DNA of 64,000 nucleotides from Spongospora subterranea f. sp. subterranea (Eukaryota): NCBI GenBank assembly GCA_049724395.1, contig JAUGWO010000092.1, positions 1 to 64,000 of the forward strand, read 5' to 3'. Shown piece by piece: positions 1 to 11,358 of this stretch (position 1 is its first letter; each line of letters starts with the position of its first letter). The notes under the pieces were generated by a model. It saw only the letters and a program-made list of their open reading frames with translations, ran no database searches and was not told where the DNA came from. The position numbers and the translations under genes were made by a program.

Positions 1-90
1 AGATATCGACGGTTCCGCCTCCCTTTTTGATTAGGTGAAACGTCGGCGTTTGAGGTACTCCAGACCGATGATCACAAGGATTTTAGGAAG

Positions 91-1416
91 ATGACAGATG
101 GAATGGCTGCCATTCTTTTTGCACTGATGGGGGTAGTGAAGCTTCGTGACGATCGTCATAAATTGCGGGTATTCGGTTGTTATTTCGGAGGGGCGCAATT
201 CCATATGTGCTACATGAAGATTGCGATGGACGAGGACAATATAGGAACGTCATTTGTGTTCCATGCCGACCCCGGTTGGCGCATGTCCTTTATTGAAGGT
301 TCACTTCCTGCTGCTGAGTCCGATCCTGATGATGTTGAATTGAATCCGGTCATTATGCCCGAGGGATCTGATTTGGATGAAGTTTCAGACTACTACATGA
401 AGCTTGCAAAAACCCGACGGGAAAAAGTGCCGTTACATGTGCGTAACCGGAATCTTGATCATAATTTCGCAGGCCAAGACATCATGGTCATTCAGCACCG
501 ACTGCGCCCGTTTATTCGGTTCTGTTTCAAGGTTGTGAAGTATGCGGCAGCGTATAAGGAGCTGTTAAAGAAGTGCTATAGAGATGAACCTGACACATCG
601 AGACTGAATCCATTTCCTTTAACTGCGTTCGGAACACCAGCTAAATCCCGCACCACTCATTTTACAGACACTCCTCTGCCGGAAAAACGCAAACTCACCC
701 TGGACCAGCGAGGTGGACAATCTCACGATACAATGATTGAATATCTTGGTGATACGGTTATCAAGACAAAGCTTCGAAGCGGGACATATGAAGGGAAACT
801 GCTTGAACGCGCTCAAGGCCCCGGTATTGTACGACTGTTTGAGTATTGTCAAGTACATGGTCGGATCATATTGGTCGAGCAGGCTTTAGTTCGACCTAAG
901 TTCGCTAGCCTTTCAGTCAATGACCTTGCTCGTTGCGCCATTCAACTACTGTTTCATGGGGCTCAAGCCCTGTCAACGCTGCGAAAGGCATCAATAGTTC
1001 ATGGCGATATATCGCCAAACAACATCATGTATAGCGAGGTCGAACGGTGCTGGAAACTGACTGATTTTAACGCTGCCGTTGAACTGGAACCTGGACAACA
1101 ATCTTTTATTCGAAGTGAAGTCGTTGGCACTGATGGGTTCATTGCACCGGAGACGCTCTCTGGCCGCGAATATTCTTTCAACTCGGATTGGTACTCGTTC
1201 GGTAAAACTGCATCACATATCCTGAACCAGATAGAAGAATGCCATAGGCTGGATAGGACTCCTTGCGGTCACGAATTCAGTAATTTCATTTTGCAGCTGC
1301 AAATGCATGCTGAGTTAATTTGCTGTCGAGAAGCCGTTAATCGACCAATGTCATCCGAGCTGATTGATTCACTCGCCGAATGTTTAATGAGTTGCGAGTC
1401 GAATCCTTTTGTTTGA
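91..1416 (+). CDS. Atypical Ser/Thr protein kinase with a Crinkler/RHS-like N-terminal region (possibly restriction-endonuclease fold); the 5' part probably lies upstream
   Basis: Kinase motifs TVIK, YEGKLL, IVHGDISPNNIM, KLTDFNAA (DFN in place of DFG), GTDGFIAPE, SDWYSFG. The same frame is open from 31 (LGETSAFEVLQTDDHKDFRKM) after a possible acceptor ttttgattag. Confidence 0.8.
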   Translation: MTDGMAAILFALMGVVKLRDDRHKLRVFGCYFGGAQFHMCYMKIAMDEDNIGTSFVFHADPGWRMSFIEGSLPAAESDPDDVELNPVIMPEGSDLDEVSDYYMKLAKTRREKVPLHVRNRNLDHNFAGQDIMVIQHRLRPFIRFCFKVVKYAAAYKELLKKCYRDEPDTSRLNPFPLTAFGTPAKSRTTHFTDTPLPEKRKLTLDQRGGQSHDTMIEYLGDTVIKTKLRSGTYEGKLLERAQGPGIVRLFEYCQVHGRIILVEQALVRPKFASLSVNDLARCAIQLLFHGAQALSTLRKASIVHGDISPNNIMYSEVERCWKLTDFNAAVELEPGQQSFIRSEVVGTDGFIAPETLSGREYSFNSDWYSFGKTASHILNQIEECHRLDRTPCGHEFSNFILQLQMHAELICCREAVNRPMSSELIDSLAECLMSCESNPFV

Positions 1417-1574
1417 TTGATAATTGCTTTTTCATTTATAGTATTAAACCATCTCGACTATTGCTTCATATTCCATATCACTCAGCCGATGCCTTAGGAA
1501 AGTTTTGTAAGTTTCGGTCTGAATTAGAGTCGGATCACGGGCGATACGATTTGGCAATTGCCAATTATCCCGTA

Positions 1575-2690
1575 TTACTGACAGACCCAATTTCCGTTTT
1601 GACACTGGCCAGCAAGTGTTCCTGTATATTCGATCATCGGTCTTCGAGGTTTATTTCCAGAACGTGAATGAGTCTTCAATGAATTTGACTCTTCTGCTGG
1701 TGTACATTTTCTTCTTGACGGGGTCCCATAGTTGATACGCCTTTTGGTTTTGACTATACCCAATGAAAACGGCTGGGGTGGCCTTGGGAAGCAGTCCTTT
1801 CCTCAGTCGTTTATGCACGAACCACCATGCGTCGCACCCGAATACTCGCATATACGATGGGTCTGGATTAGTGTACCAAACCATGCTTCATAGAGTGAGA
1901 TATTATTTGGTATTGCGCTATGGGGTCTTCTGTTGATGACATGTTCGGCGGCAGCAATCGCAAACCCCCAGTATTGTCCAGGTAAGCCAGCCTGCACTTT
2001 CCGCAGCCGTATCAATGGTCCGATTCACTCGTTCGGCGATTCCATTCTGTTCGGGATCATACGCAACGCTTGTTCTGTGGAATATATGTCGTTTCGCATA
2101 GTACTCCTTACATTCGGTCGATGTATATTCGCCAGCATTATCGCTCTGAAGAATTTTTAATCTGTGTGGGATGTCTCCTACTTGGAAAGATGAGTCCTGT
2201 TCAACTTGTTTTAGAGCAGACAAGGCTTCTGACTTGTGTTTAAGGAAATAAACTCTCAAATATCGAGGGTAATGGTCGATGAATGTTATGATGTAGATCG
2301 AGTTGAAGAATAGCGAAGTGACAGGATAAGGGTTGTCACTGATTAGGTTTAATCGGATCAAGGACAGACAGAGCACAGAGATCTTGACCGAACTGAGCCC
2401 TGGTGTTGACAACGGGCAAGGCTTCAGACGGGCGCCCGTCTGTGTCCATTCCAACAATGCCTCCTAAATCCTTCGCATGGAGATACAGGGCAGCGTTTTG
2501 AACCCAAAGATGGAAATTACTGTCCGTACCGTCAAATTTGGGTATTTCCACCCTATCAAGTATTGATCCGGTCTTGATGTCGGAGCGTTCTGAGGTAATC
2601 TCAGCACAAGACCGAAGCTGCTGTAAGTGCTCATCTTGTGCTGCCGCTCCAACCGTTTGATCTCGGCGTCCAATTCGTCATCCATCATGT
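1575..2690 (-). mobile_element. Ty1/Copia retrotransposon remnant (gag N-terminus joined to integrase, frameshifted)
   Basis: gag-like IPKFDGTDSNFHLWVQ. Integrase core YIITFIDHYPRY...LQSDNAGEY...PEQNGIAERVNRT, then LPGQYWGFAI...INRRP, RVFGCDAW and FIGYSQNQKAYQLWD...TSRRVKF, split across several frames. Confidence 0.9.
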
Positions 2691-2729
2691 GCGAGATTGG
2701 TGACGCCTCTTCCGGCTCATGCTCGAGGG

Positions 2730-2875
2730 TGGGACTCTTAATCTATCCGAATTCGAACAATAGAGGAGTGAATTTATTTGCGGTTTATATCAAATGCATT
2801 ACGGCCGTAAACGGGCAAGTAGGGGGGAACACAATATATACTATCAGAGAGGGTTAATCGACTTCAGTTTTAACA
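2730..2875 (-). repeat. Probable 5' LTR and primer-binding site of the minus-strand Copia remnant
   Basis: On the minus strand it starts TGTT, contains TATATA and AATAAA, and is followed by GATTAAGAGTCCC, which resembles the GGTTATGAGCCC-type half-tRNA-Met PBS. gag follows directly. Confidence 0.55.
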
Positions 2876-2939
2876 ATGCACAGTGTCATTTCGTTCAAAG
2901 AAGCAAACATCCACCGCCTGGCCGTCCTTTGAGGCTGAG

Positions 2940-3510
2940 ACGATCGCATCTTCACTGGCTGCTGCTGAAGCAGTCTGGCTTCGAAAACGTCTCAGATAAG
3001 CTTGGTTTCGAGCAAAAGTCTGTGCCTGTTCTTTTGCAGGACAACCAAGGATTAATTTCGTTCGCTCAAAATGAAATCAATCATTCAAAGACGAAGCATT
3101 CTTGCTCTTAAACATCATTTTATTCGTGAATTGGTTGCTAGCAATCAAATTCATGTTGCGTATGTTCCTACCGCCAAGAATCCTTTTGGGAAGATGCAGT
3201 TCTGGGAGTTACGAGCTAAACTTCAATGCATCTCTCAACCTTGCCTCACTTCATCTTTGACTTCGGTCGAAGGGGGGATTTAGTTCCGAGATTTAATATC
3301 TGCCACGAGTACGAATTCAGGGCGATTAATCGAAATTGTACTGGGCCTTCTCGGTTCTCTCACCTCTAATAAACTCACTCTTGTTTTCGTGTTCCTGTGA
3401 TTCGTGTTGTCGTGTGTACTCTATCTTGGTCTCTGGTTTTTCGTGTACTCTTTCGTATTCCCTTGTTTTGTGTGCTTTATCTGATACGCATTTCAGAAGG
3501 TCTCACACAG
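2940..3510 (+). mobile_element. Second Copia remnant (RNase H C-terminus, polypurine tract, probable 3' LTR), in the opposite orientation
   Basis: LLQDNQGLISFAQNEINHSKTKH / LKHHFIRELVASNQIHVAYVPTAKN; purine tract GAAGGGGGGA at about 3269-3278; the downstream AATAAACTCACTC resembles AATAAATTCACTC in the other LTR. Confidence 0.8.
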
Positions 3511-3677
3511 GTGATGTGGGGAGCAGACGAAGTTAGCGCTGATTGTCTTTCGGGTGCTTCATCCTAATTCCGACCCACTTTTCCCTTTTATAACTTTCAA
3601 AATCATCGAGCTCTGCCGCCTGATGGGCTTGTTGCTCAAGGTTAGATCTGTCCAATGGTGGAAAAAATGTAGCGCAT

Positions 3678-3995
3678 GTGAGGTCAGGATTGTATGTTTC
3701 CGGTGGAGAGGGGGTTACTCAAGACATGCAGTTTACCACTGAGTCTGGTCATGCAATTAACGTCCTTGTCCAAACAAGAATTCGTCGAATTCTTACCGAA
3801 AGGTGCCTTTGGCCCACTTCTGGGATGAGCCTGAACGATGCGCGTTTACTGCTTTCGAGCCAACCCGATTTCTCGTCGCAACAAGAATGGTTAGAAGAGA
3901 CCGTGTCAAGCGCAGAAGGCATATCATTTTTATCCCAAGTTTCACCCAGAGCTCAACTGGATCGAAATGTTTTAAGGCGCAATGAAAAAGTTTGA
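3678..3995 (+). mobile_element. Tc1/mariner-IS630 (DDE) transposase remnant
   Basis: RRILTERCLWP...ARLLLSSQPDFSSQQEWLEE, then a frameshift into FYPKFHPELNWIEM, the conserved P-x-x-x-P-E-L-N-x-I-E motif. Confidence 0.75.
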
Positions 3996-4150
3996 CCAGA
4001 GAATGTAATGCTCAGCCTTGGAAACAAAAATGATCGGTCTTCAAGACATAAGCACAACGAAGATGAAAGGCTAAAGTAATCGTGAAGATTATCATATTAA
4101 TCTAAGTGTTGAATACCAGCCTGTTACCATGGAGTTGAAACATTTGCATC

Positions 4151-5050
4151 TCAAGATTCATTTATGTTTGGTGATTCAAAAGACGAGCTATTATTCTCCT
4201 CTTTACCAAGTTGGCATGCGAACGCTAGCGGCATCAAGAGCTCATACAACGACGTGTCGTCCTTCATGTACGTAGAGAATACGATGCGGTCTATTTGCTG
4301 AGAGCTCAGGTTATGAGATGATTATACACTGGAGTTGAACATTGAACCTACGTTATAATTGCTAGGATTAGTGAGCCAAAGACGCACTGTGAGCAGCGCA
4401 ATCATTGCCGCCTGATAAAGTATTTATCGGTATTGAAAGCGAGATATTGCAGATAGCATACGCAATGTCGAGGGAATCCATATATCCCGGTTGAGATACA
4501 GCAGAAGCCAATGGTACGAATGCGATGGCGTTTGGCCAGATTCAAAGCGGATATATATGTCCTAGCCAGAGCAAGATTATTATTGGAGACGGGACCAACT
4601 GCATGAATGATGAACGTGGCCGGAAGGTTAAAACCTGTAAAATTCAATGGACAACTACCAAGTCTATCGCAAACGACTGATTGTAGAACCTGATGTGATA
4701 CAGGATTCTCCTGTATTACAATGATCAATCGCCTTGCACGCTTGCTTTAGTTGCGACGATCCGGCTGCATTGAATATAGCGCCACAGATGCCGCCGCCGG
4801 CCCATAGACCGGTATTGGCAGCGTTCACAATGGCATCGCATGCCAAAAGAGTTAGATCACCGCCAGGCCAGAGCGAGACCTTCTCCGATAAATCCGCTTC
4901 CGACGGTGGACATCGGCTGATTCGCGCGCTAAACCAGTTCAAGAAAAAATTCACCTCTCGACGGCGACGACGTTCTTGAATACCGACATGATGATCACGA
5001 TAGTATTCCCGCCAAGTTGGAAGCGACAACGCCTCAACGATGGTCCCCAT
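4151..5050 (-). CDS. Macro-domain ADP-ribose glycohydrolase (MacroD type), spliced
   Basis: GDLTLLACDAIVNAANTGLWAGGGICGAIF, FNLPATFIIHAVGP, IGFCCISTGIYGFP; last exon QIDRIVFSTY...stop at about 4151. Confidence 0.9.
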
Positions 5051-5218
5051 CGGATGCTGTTTTAAAAGTGATCAATAAATGCGGTCCGATAGTGCAGCCC
5101 GTAATACACAGTGAATCCTGCATGACGGCTTGACCCGATTGTGACTCCGTTCTATACACCGTTACGACGACACGGAAACAGGAAGAAACGTTTATCAATT
5201 CCATTGGACATGTTACGG

Positions 5219-7677
5219 TTATAACTCGTCCTTGTTGATTGCGGATTGGTCTCTGGGGATTTGCTCGTCCATATCGTTTGCGGATTGGTCTTTGGGGAAC
5301 CCACCCGCCGATTCGGAGACGGAGCATTGGCTAGTGGTAGCTGAACAAGAACCTGGGGTTGACTCGCTTGGCGCCGATTCAGATGAAGCATCAATTGGTT
5401 TAGAGACCGCCCGCGCTTTGGCGGATGGTGCTGATGGCCCCACGAACGTCGAGAAGAAGCGGTTCAAAGCCTGGAAGCTCACGTCCGAATTGTTGTAGAC
5501 TGTTGGAGCACCGTTTCCCGTAAATCCTTTAGGAAACGCCAGAAAACATGGAGCAGTGACGTTTACCGACCACGCCTTGAGAGCTTGATTGCTGAAAGAA
5601 ACAGCAGCTACCTTGGCCACACCTGTATATTCTAAAGCCAGGGACCTCAACACAACTGGGGCAGATGATTTTTTTGATATTAGAACAAATTTGGGAAGGT
5701 CAGAGGAATTCGCCCATTTTTGCGCAGCTGCAACAGTTTTGAGAACTGGAACGTCATTGGGCAAGAATCCGGTGGCAAACTTCCATAAACCCTATGAAAC
5801 CAATGAGAAAATACTTAGTACACGGTGCGGCGCTACGAAGCATACAGCCTTGGTGCGTTCATTACAGGGAACTGGTTTGGTTTTATCAGGATGAAACAGC
5901 ATCACGGTTGGAACGCCTGTGATGGAATATTTCTGAAACTTAATGGGTGAATCTTTAATTGTCCCGAACTGAATGGCGCCCTGTAGTGAATCCGCCGCCT
6001 AATTTTAACAGGATGAAGCTGAATATATGCTAGAGTAAAAAAATGAAATCGAACCTTCGCCCAGTGGGGGGCTAATTGTTGACAATAACCACAGTTGTCC
6101 CTTGCGAACACCACCATCCAGATCGATTTACTTTTCAAAACCAGTTTATCAAAGTTGTTATCGTTGAGACGGGTGTTGAACGAAATCGGTTTTGACATCT
6201 TCTTTTGTTTCTGTTGTTTTACGGGGGTTGGAGGGCAATTAATAGAATCTCCATCGAGTTTCGGTTCGGCCTCAAGTGTCGATGGCGGAAATTTGCCAGT
6301 GACAGCCGAGGAAATATATTTGGTGATACTCTGAACAGAAAGCATTCAGCGCAATTGATGCAAGAATTAACAGGCAGCTTACATCGGCGTCCATCGATCC
6401 TGTATAGACAACATATTTCATTTTACGATGGAACCAAATCACGATTTTAAATGCGTCTGGAATCACTCCGAAACTGCCTGAAAATGAAGCTTGCTTCCTC
6501 GCATCTATCCAGCCAAAACTGTACCATTGCCGGTTTGGGATGCTTGTTGAAGCTTCATCCAGTGCAGCTAAAGCGACGCTTCCTCCAGCACCCAGGGTTC
6601 AACCCGAGAACGCAAACTTGAGCACCAGAATCCATGCAGTATTTCCGCAAACAGGAGTTATCGCTGATATTGAATATGGAAAGAGAAGAAATATCAGGGG
6701 GAAGGCTAACACTGTTCAGGAAACTCTTGACAGCAACCGTATCCGCAAGATCTTTGTCAAATGTAATAGGGTTGGCTTCGCCCGTACGGAAAGCGATAAG
6801 CGACGGAAACTTAGTCACGCCAACCTTCAAAACGGACTCCTTTTCTGAGGAGAGTAAATGCCCGAACCGTAACCGCTTGAGTAAAGTTACCGATAGGCTC
6901 TTAACAAATATTAAGCTATAGATCATGAGAGTTTACCAGTTAATTGTACCTGAACGAAGAAGGGAATAACCCTGGTGGGGCCAACCAGTAAAGCCTTTGG
7001 CATATCCGGAATATCCAGGAATGATTGAAGAGTTGATGCTGTAAGATGCTCAACTTTTGAAGGGAAGAAGCGTTTAACAAATCCTGCCCTATAATTATCA
7101 TGTTTCAGGAATTGTTTCATAAATGAAAATTGCAAAATCAAAAATTATCATGTTTCAGGAATTGTTTCATAAATGAAAATTGCAAATCAATACATGTCGT
7201 CAGCTTGGCGGTTTCCAGAGTAATCGATGATAGTCTTGGGTCCAAGGAAGAGTTTAATTGTTGGAAACCCTGTTAGTTTGTATTTTCTTTGAATTTCTCC
7301 ATTTTTATCTACGACATGGTTGAAGTAGAGAAAACATCAGGTCATCAATTGACACTACCGTTGCCGGAAACATCGAAAGCTGCTACCACAGCAATATCTT
7401 TCAACAGTTTGGGTAATTGTAAATAACTTGGCTTGAGCTGCTGGCAATGGCCGCAACCTGGCGTATAAAACTGGAAAAACAGTCAAACACACTCAACATT
7501 TTCCAAGCGTTCTCCTCTTACTTCGACGAGAACGACCGGATGGGTTTTGATTGTTTTCGCCAGGGTAACTGAGTTAAGATCAACAACACCAGAATTCGAC
7601 GAATAGAAAGACGCTTGGATAATCAGGCATTGTAGATATAGACAAAACAAGGAAACGGCGCGGAAATGGTTGGCCAT
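5219..7677 (-). CDS. ER protein disulfide isomerase (PDIA6/P5-like, several thioredoxin domains), spliced
   Basis: Signal-peptide-like N-terminus MANHFRAVSLFCLYLQCLIIQA; FYTPGCGHCQQL at about 7440-7470; second active site CGYC at about 6080-6095; C-terminal KDEL. Confidence 0.88.
7093..7190. repeat. 50-bp tandem duplication inside a PDI intron
   Basis: aattatcatgtttcaggaattgtttcataaatgaaaattgcaaa occurs at 7093 and again at 7143. Confidence 0.95.
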
Positions 7678-8100
7678 AACGAGATGTCGCTGAGCTCAAC
7701 TGGTACTGTAGTTGGAGATATCAATGGAGCGTTGAAGGGACCGGTGCCATTCGGACGCAGCCCTCATGACCTCAGTGCTTACCGTACTGTACTTCCTACG
7801 GCTGGTACAGTCGGTAACGTGGGAAAGAAAACAAATCTTTGATTGTTGACCCCTGGGTGTTTGATTATCCGCTTGGTCACCAGTATAACCTATGCCACCT
7901 GCTATTTGTAACAAAATGTACAAATCAACAGGGTTGTCCCACTCAAATTGTAACTCGTAGTGTATCTAGTGTACAAGAAAATTTCGACGGACAGTTTGAT
8001 TCCGGCTCTGGCAAACAGACATTTGTCTATCAGTTTCAAAGTGGCTTCCATTTTATCGTCAACCCTTTTGCAGAATCTCTTTAAATCGCGGCTTGCATCG

Positions 8101-8631
8101 ATGTCATGCAGTGCCTCAGGCGCGTGTGGAATGAAGGTGCCTTATACCGATCAACAAAAAGAGAAGCTCAAGGCTCGCTTGTCGAAAGAAGCATATAATG
8201 TGACACAGGTGCATGAATGTCGGCTAATATCTTTAATATTCTTCAATTTTTCAATAGGCAGGAGGTACGGAAAGACCATTTACCGGAAAATACAACAAAC
8301 ATTACGAAAAAGGGATGTATTCGTGTATTGTCGTCAGTGCCTAACCCAAACTAGTGATGAAATCAATTAACGCCATAGTGTATAGTGCGAATCACCATTA
8401 TTCTCAAGTGTGACGAAATTCGATTCCGGAACTGGGTGGCCATCATTTTACAAGGCGTTTGAAAAGAACGTGCAAGAAGTTGTTGATAATTCCGGTGGTA
8501 TGAGTCGAACTGAAGTACGCTGCAATTCATGCCATGCCCATTTGGGGCATGTGTTCAATGATGGTCCTAAAGATAGGACAGGGCTTCGCTATTGTATAAA
8601 TAGTGCATCTCTAGAATTCAAAGCAGAATAA
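8101..8631 (+). CDS. msrB: Peptide methionine-R-sulfoxide reductase (Cys type), 3 exons; an N-terminal extension is possible
   Basis: Spliced reading [22 protein letters not shown]...[26 protein letters not shown]...[21 protein letters not shown]...RYCINSASL. Confidence 0.95.
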
Positions 8632-9104
8632 CTGCTATACAGTATTTAACACTAATATACAGGCGACATTAATTAAAATGTTTTATCATCCGCGATATCG
8701 TAGTGAGACTTGTTTTCCCTGTAAAAAAAATAAGTTCATTCGTGGTGACAACAAAACACTTGACGTACCGCTTTTTTCCGATGTTTCTTCAAAAGCACTA
8801 AACAAAATTCGTTATAAAAAGGAACTTGAATTCCAGCTCACTTACATTTTGCGCTTTTTATTGAGAACAGGAATCGTGAGATGTGGAGAAAGATTCGTAT
8901 CTAAAGTGCGACCCAAGACCGGCCAGAAAGAGAGAGCGCGACGCGCCGTGCAAAACGCGTTGGCGAGCATCGAGACCTTTGAATGGATATGGGCTGCAAA
9001 CATCATGGCGCGCCGCCGGGGTCAGACTGTCAGGGGGTTTCGGTACAGTACACTGACCATGGGGTGCATGACTCGCACGTCACGGTCGAAATGATCCATT
9101 TACG

Positions 9105-9453
9105 ATTTACGACACGCCGCCGTGTCGTCCCATCCAGTATCCGCTACCAGAAGTTGGAACTCTGATGTGTATGCAGGAACAGGGCGTCGCCCTTATCGCA
9201 AGCGTGTCAGTTTGGCAGCTGCGTTCGATTGGTTATCTCCACTACTTGAAAACGACGACCCGAATATGGGCAACCACGACTGATTTGTGGAGACTTTGGA
9301 TTCTGACATGCGAACACCTGATTTGGATACGGCATCGCCGAGAAGAAATTCAACTTCCTCCGCATCGAGGACACGTTTTTCCCGTTTTGCATATAATGTA
9401 GTTTGCTGAACGTGTTGGTGATGTGTGTCAGGATCGGGGGAGAATATGAGCAA
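9105..9453 (-). mobile_element. Ty3/Gypsy gag remnant
   Basis: Reading through one stop gives AAAKLTRLR*GRRPVPAYTSEFQLLVADTGWDDTAA, matching the Retrotrans_gag pattern L..LRQG..V..Y..EF..L...GW.D (CAA>TAA). Confidence 0.7.
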
Positions 9454-10074
9454 ATCATCCAGGTCGAGATGACGTTGATTCGGCTAAGTGACGACGGAAA
9501 CGTTGATTCGGCTTTTCATGTCAAAGGCTAAATGTTAGGATACATTTGACGCAAAATTTGAGACGAATCAACAGCAAAGGTTCATGTTTTTGACGAACTA
9601 AACTGGGTGGGATGAGGCCAATCCTGAAGCGAAACATTCATAAAATAATTTTGCGTTGACGAATCGGACCAAGATTCTCAAAATCGCTATGCTTTTATTA
9701 CCTCTATATGATTGCAAATCTTTCATCGTATTCTGTGTTATCATCATCCTTCATCACATCTAATTGAACTTGTCATACGACGGCAAAATCGACAGTTTTC
9801 GGACCGACATGGTTTTTTCGCTTCAGAAGAGCAGCGGTTATTTTGTTTTTGCTGCACCTTGTAAACATGTTCAATTCAGCAATTTCACTGGTAGTAATTT
9901 GCGTCGCCATATCGATTATATAAACAATCCAACGTGTCTGTTGAAACTTTATCGCTAATTAGTGCAAAATAATAGCAAAAAAACGAATTCCAGACCTCAT
10001 GTTGCCTATCAAGGTTTGATCGAGACTTTGAAGGACATTTCAAACCGCAAGCGACACGAGCAAAGACTTCAAAC

Positions 10075-10620
10075 TTACGTTGGACTTTCTCCATCGCTGG
10101 GACTATTTTTTCCCGCTTTGTTTGAAAAAATGACGATCGGGTTGTTTCTTGAAAACCTTATCCTGCATGTGATTGGATGTTGCCATTCCGACAGCAACTT
10201 GTCCAACGGAGCCAGAGCGCGGCGCTTTGCTCTGATTCTTAGTGAGGAGTAGTGTCTCCTTGTGCTTCTTTGAAGTTTTTTTTTAGAGTCGATGGTGCAA
10301 TCTTGTCTTTGTGCCATCCAGTGAGAAGCGTAAACGTCCGACGACTTCAACGCCGGAATAGCTTCGGTTTCGGATAGTTTTCTGGATTGGCCGTTCCAGT
10401 GCCCAAGCTTTCTCCCATCTGCGGTTTGAAATGTCATTCCCATAAAAACTGGTTGGAAACATCTTTCCCGACATTACTCCGAACCTTATATATAGGCAAA
10501 ATTTGGTCTGGACGTCGTATTTTTTGTCATTTGCACAAATTACTGATGAAGCTTCAATGAAGCTGGTAATACCTTGCCATCGCGCTCAAGAGTTCAGGCT
10601 CTGGGCATCAGTTTCTGTGC
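10075..10620 (-). mobile_element. Possible heavily decayed pogo-like DDE transposase
   Basis: Short motifs TADGRKL, DVYASH and LAPLD occur in the order expected for pogo/DDE_1, but the spacing is compressed. Confidence 0.25.
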
Positions 10621-10656
10621 AGACGGATGAGATGGTGGATTACTTCTTTGATCTCC

Positions 10657-11052
10657 CCAAAAAACAAATATGAAAGTGTAAATTTCCCCCCAAATAATAA
10701 AAATGAAATTTACAAGATAACATCATAACTCCCAAAGTATATTCCCAAGAATTTACAACGTAATTGATATCAGTTTATTTCCGACCGTTCAATTTCCAGA
10801 TTCCGAATTTGGTTTTGTCAATTCTCCTCATACTCATCGTCTTCTTTGATGATTGTGGAACACAGACCCCGCCCTCAATATTTTAACAAAGACGACGATG
10901 AATATGACGAACTGCCAAAACAAATTCGAGCTTCACCTCTTGGGAGTATACTTTGGGAAATACTGTACTACGGGAAATACTTGGGTGTTTTTCTTTTGGA
11001 AACGTCCTTTTATTATTTTGGGACGACATTTACAATTTTCAAATCTTTTTTC
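10657..11052. repeat. Imperfect long inverted repeat (MITE/foldback-like)
   Basis: TCCCAAAGTATATTCCCAAGA (about 10730) vs TCTTGGGAGTATACTTTGGGA (about 10938); 10803-10848 is the reverse complement of about 10887-10930; the outer AT-rich arms also match. Confidence 0.75.
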
Positions 11053-11358
11053 TCCCTCTTAGCGGAACCCTAGTACCTTCATCCTGATATAGCGGCGTTC
11101 TCAACCGACGACTGCCCGGTATGGGCTGAATTGAGTTCCGACACGTCTTCGGAGTCGCATCCGGGGAGCCATAACAGGATGAAGGGTAACGGTATTAATA
11201 ACACTACACTGTACGTTTCCGCTGACTGACGGGGTTTAATGGTTGCGCAATTATTACCACTACACTGCAATGCTGATCCATGATTAATCGCAGATGATTT
11301 TATTATCCAAAACAGGTCGGCGATAGCTGGAACACACAGTTTGGGTGAGATATTCGTC

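Noticed and set aside
8410..8631. Selenocysteine MsrB
   Set aside because: The catalytic position is a normal Cys codon (RYCINS), with no in-frame TGA.
8678..10600. Fanzor/TnpB-like nuclease in the transposon island
   Set aside because: No RuvC D-E-D motifs or CxxC zinc finger in any frame I read.
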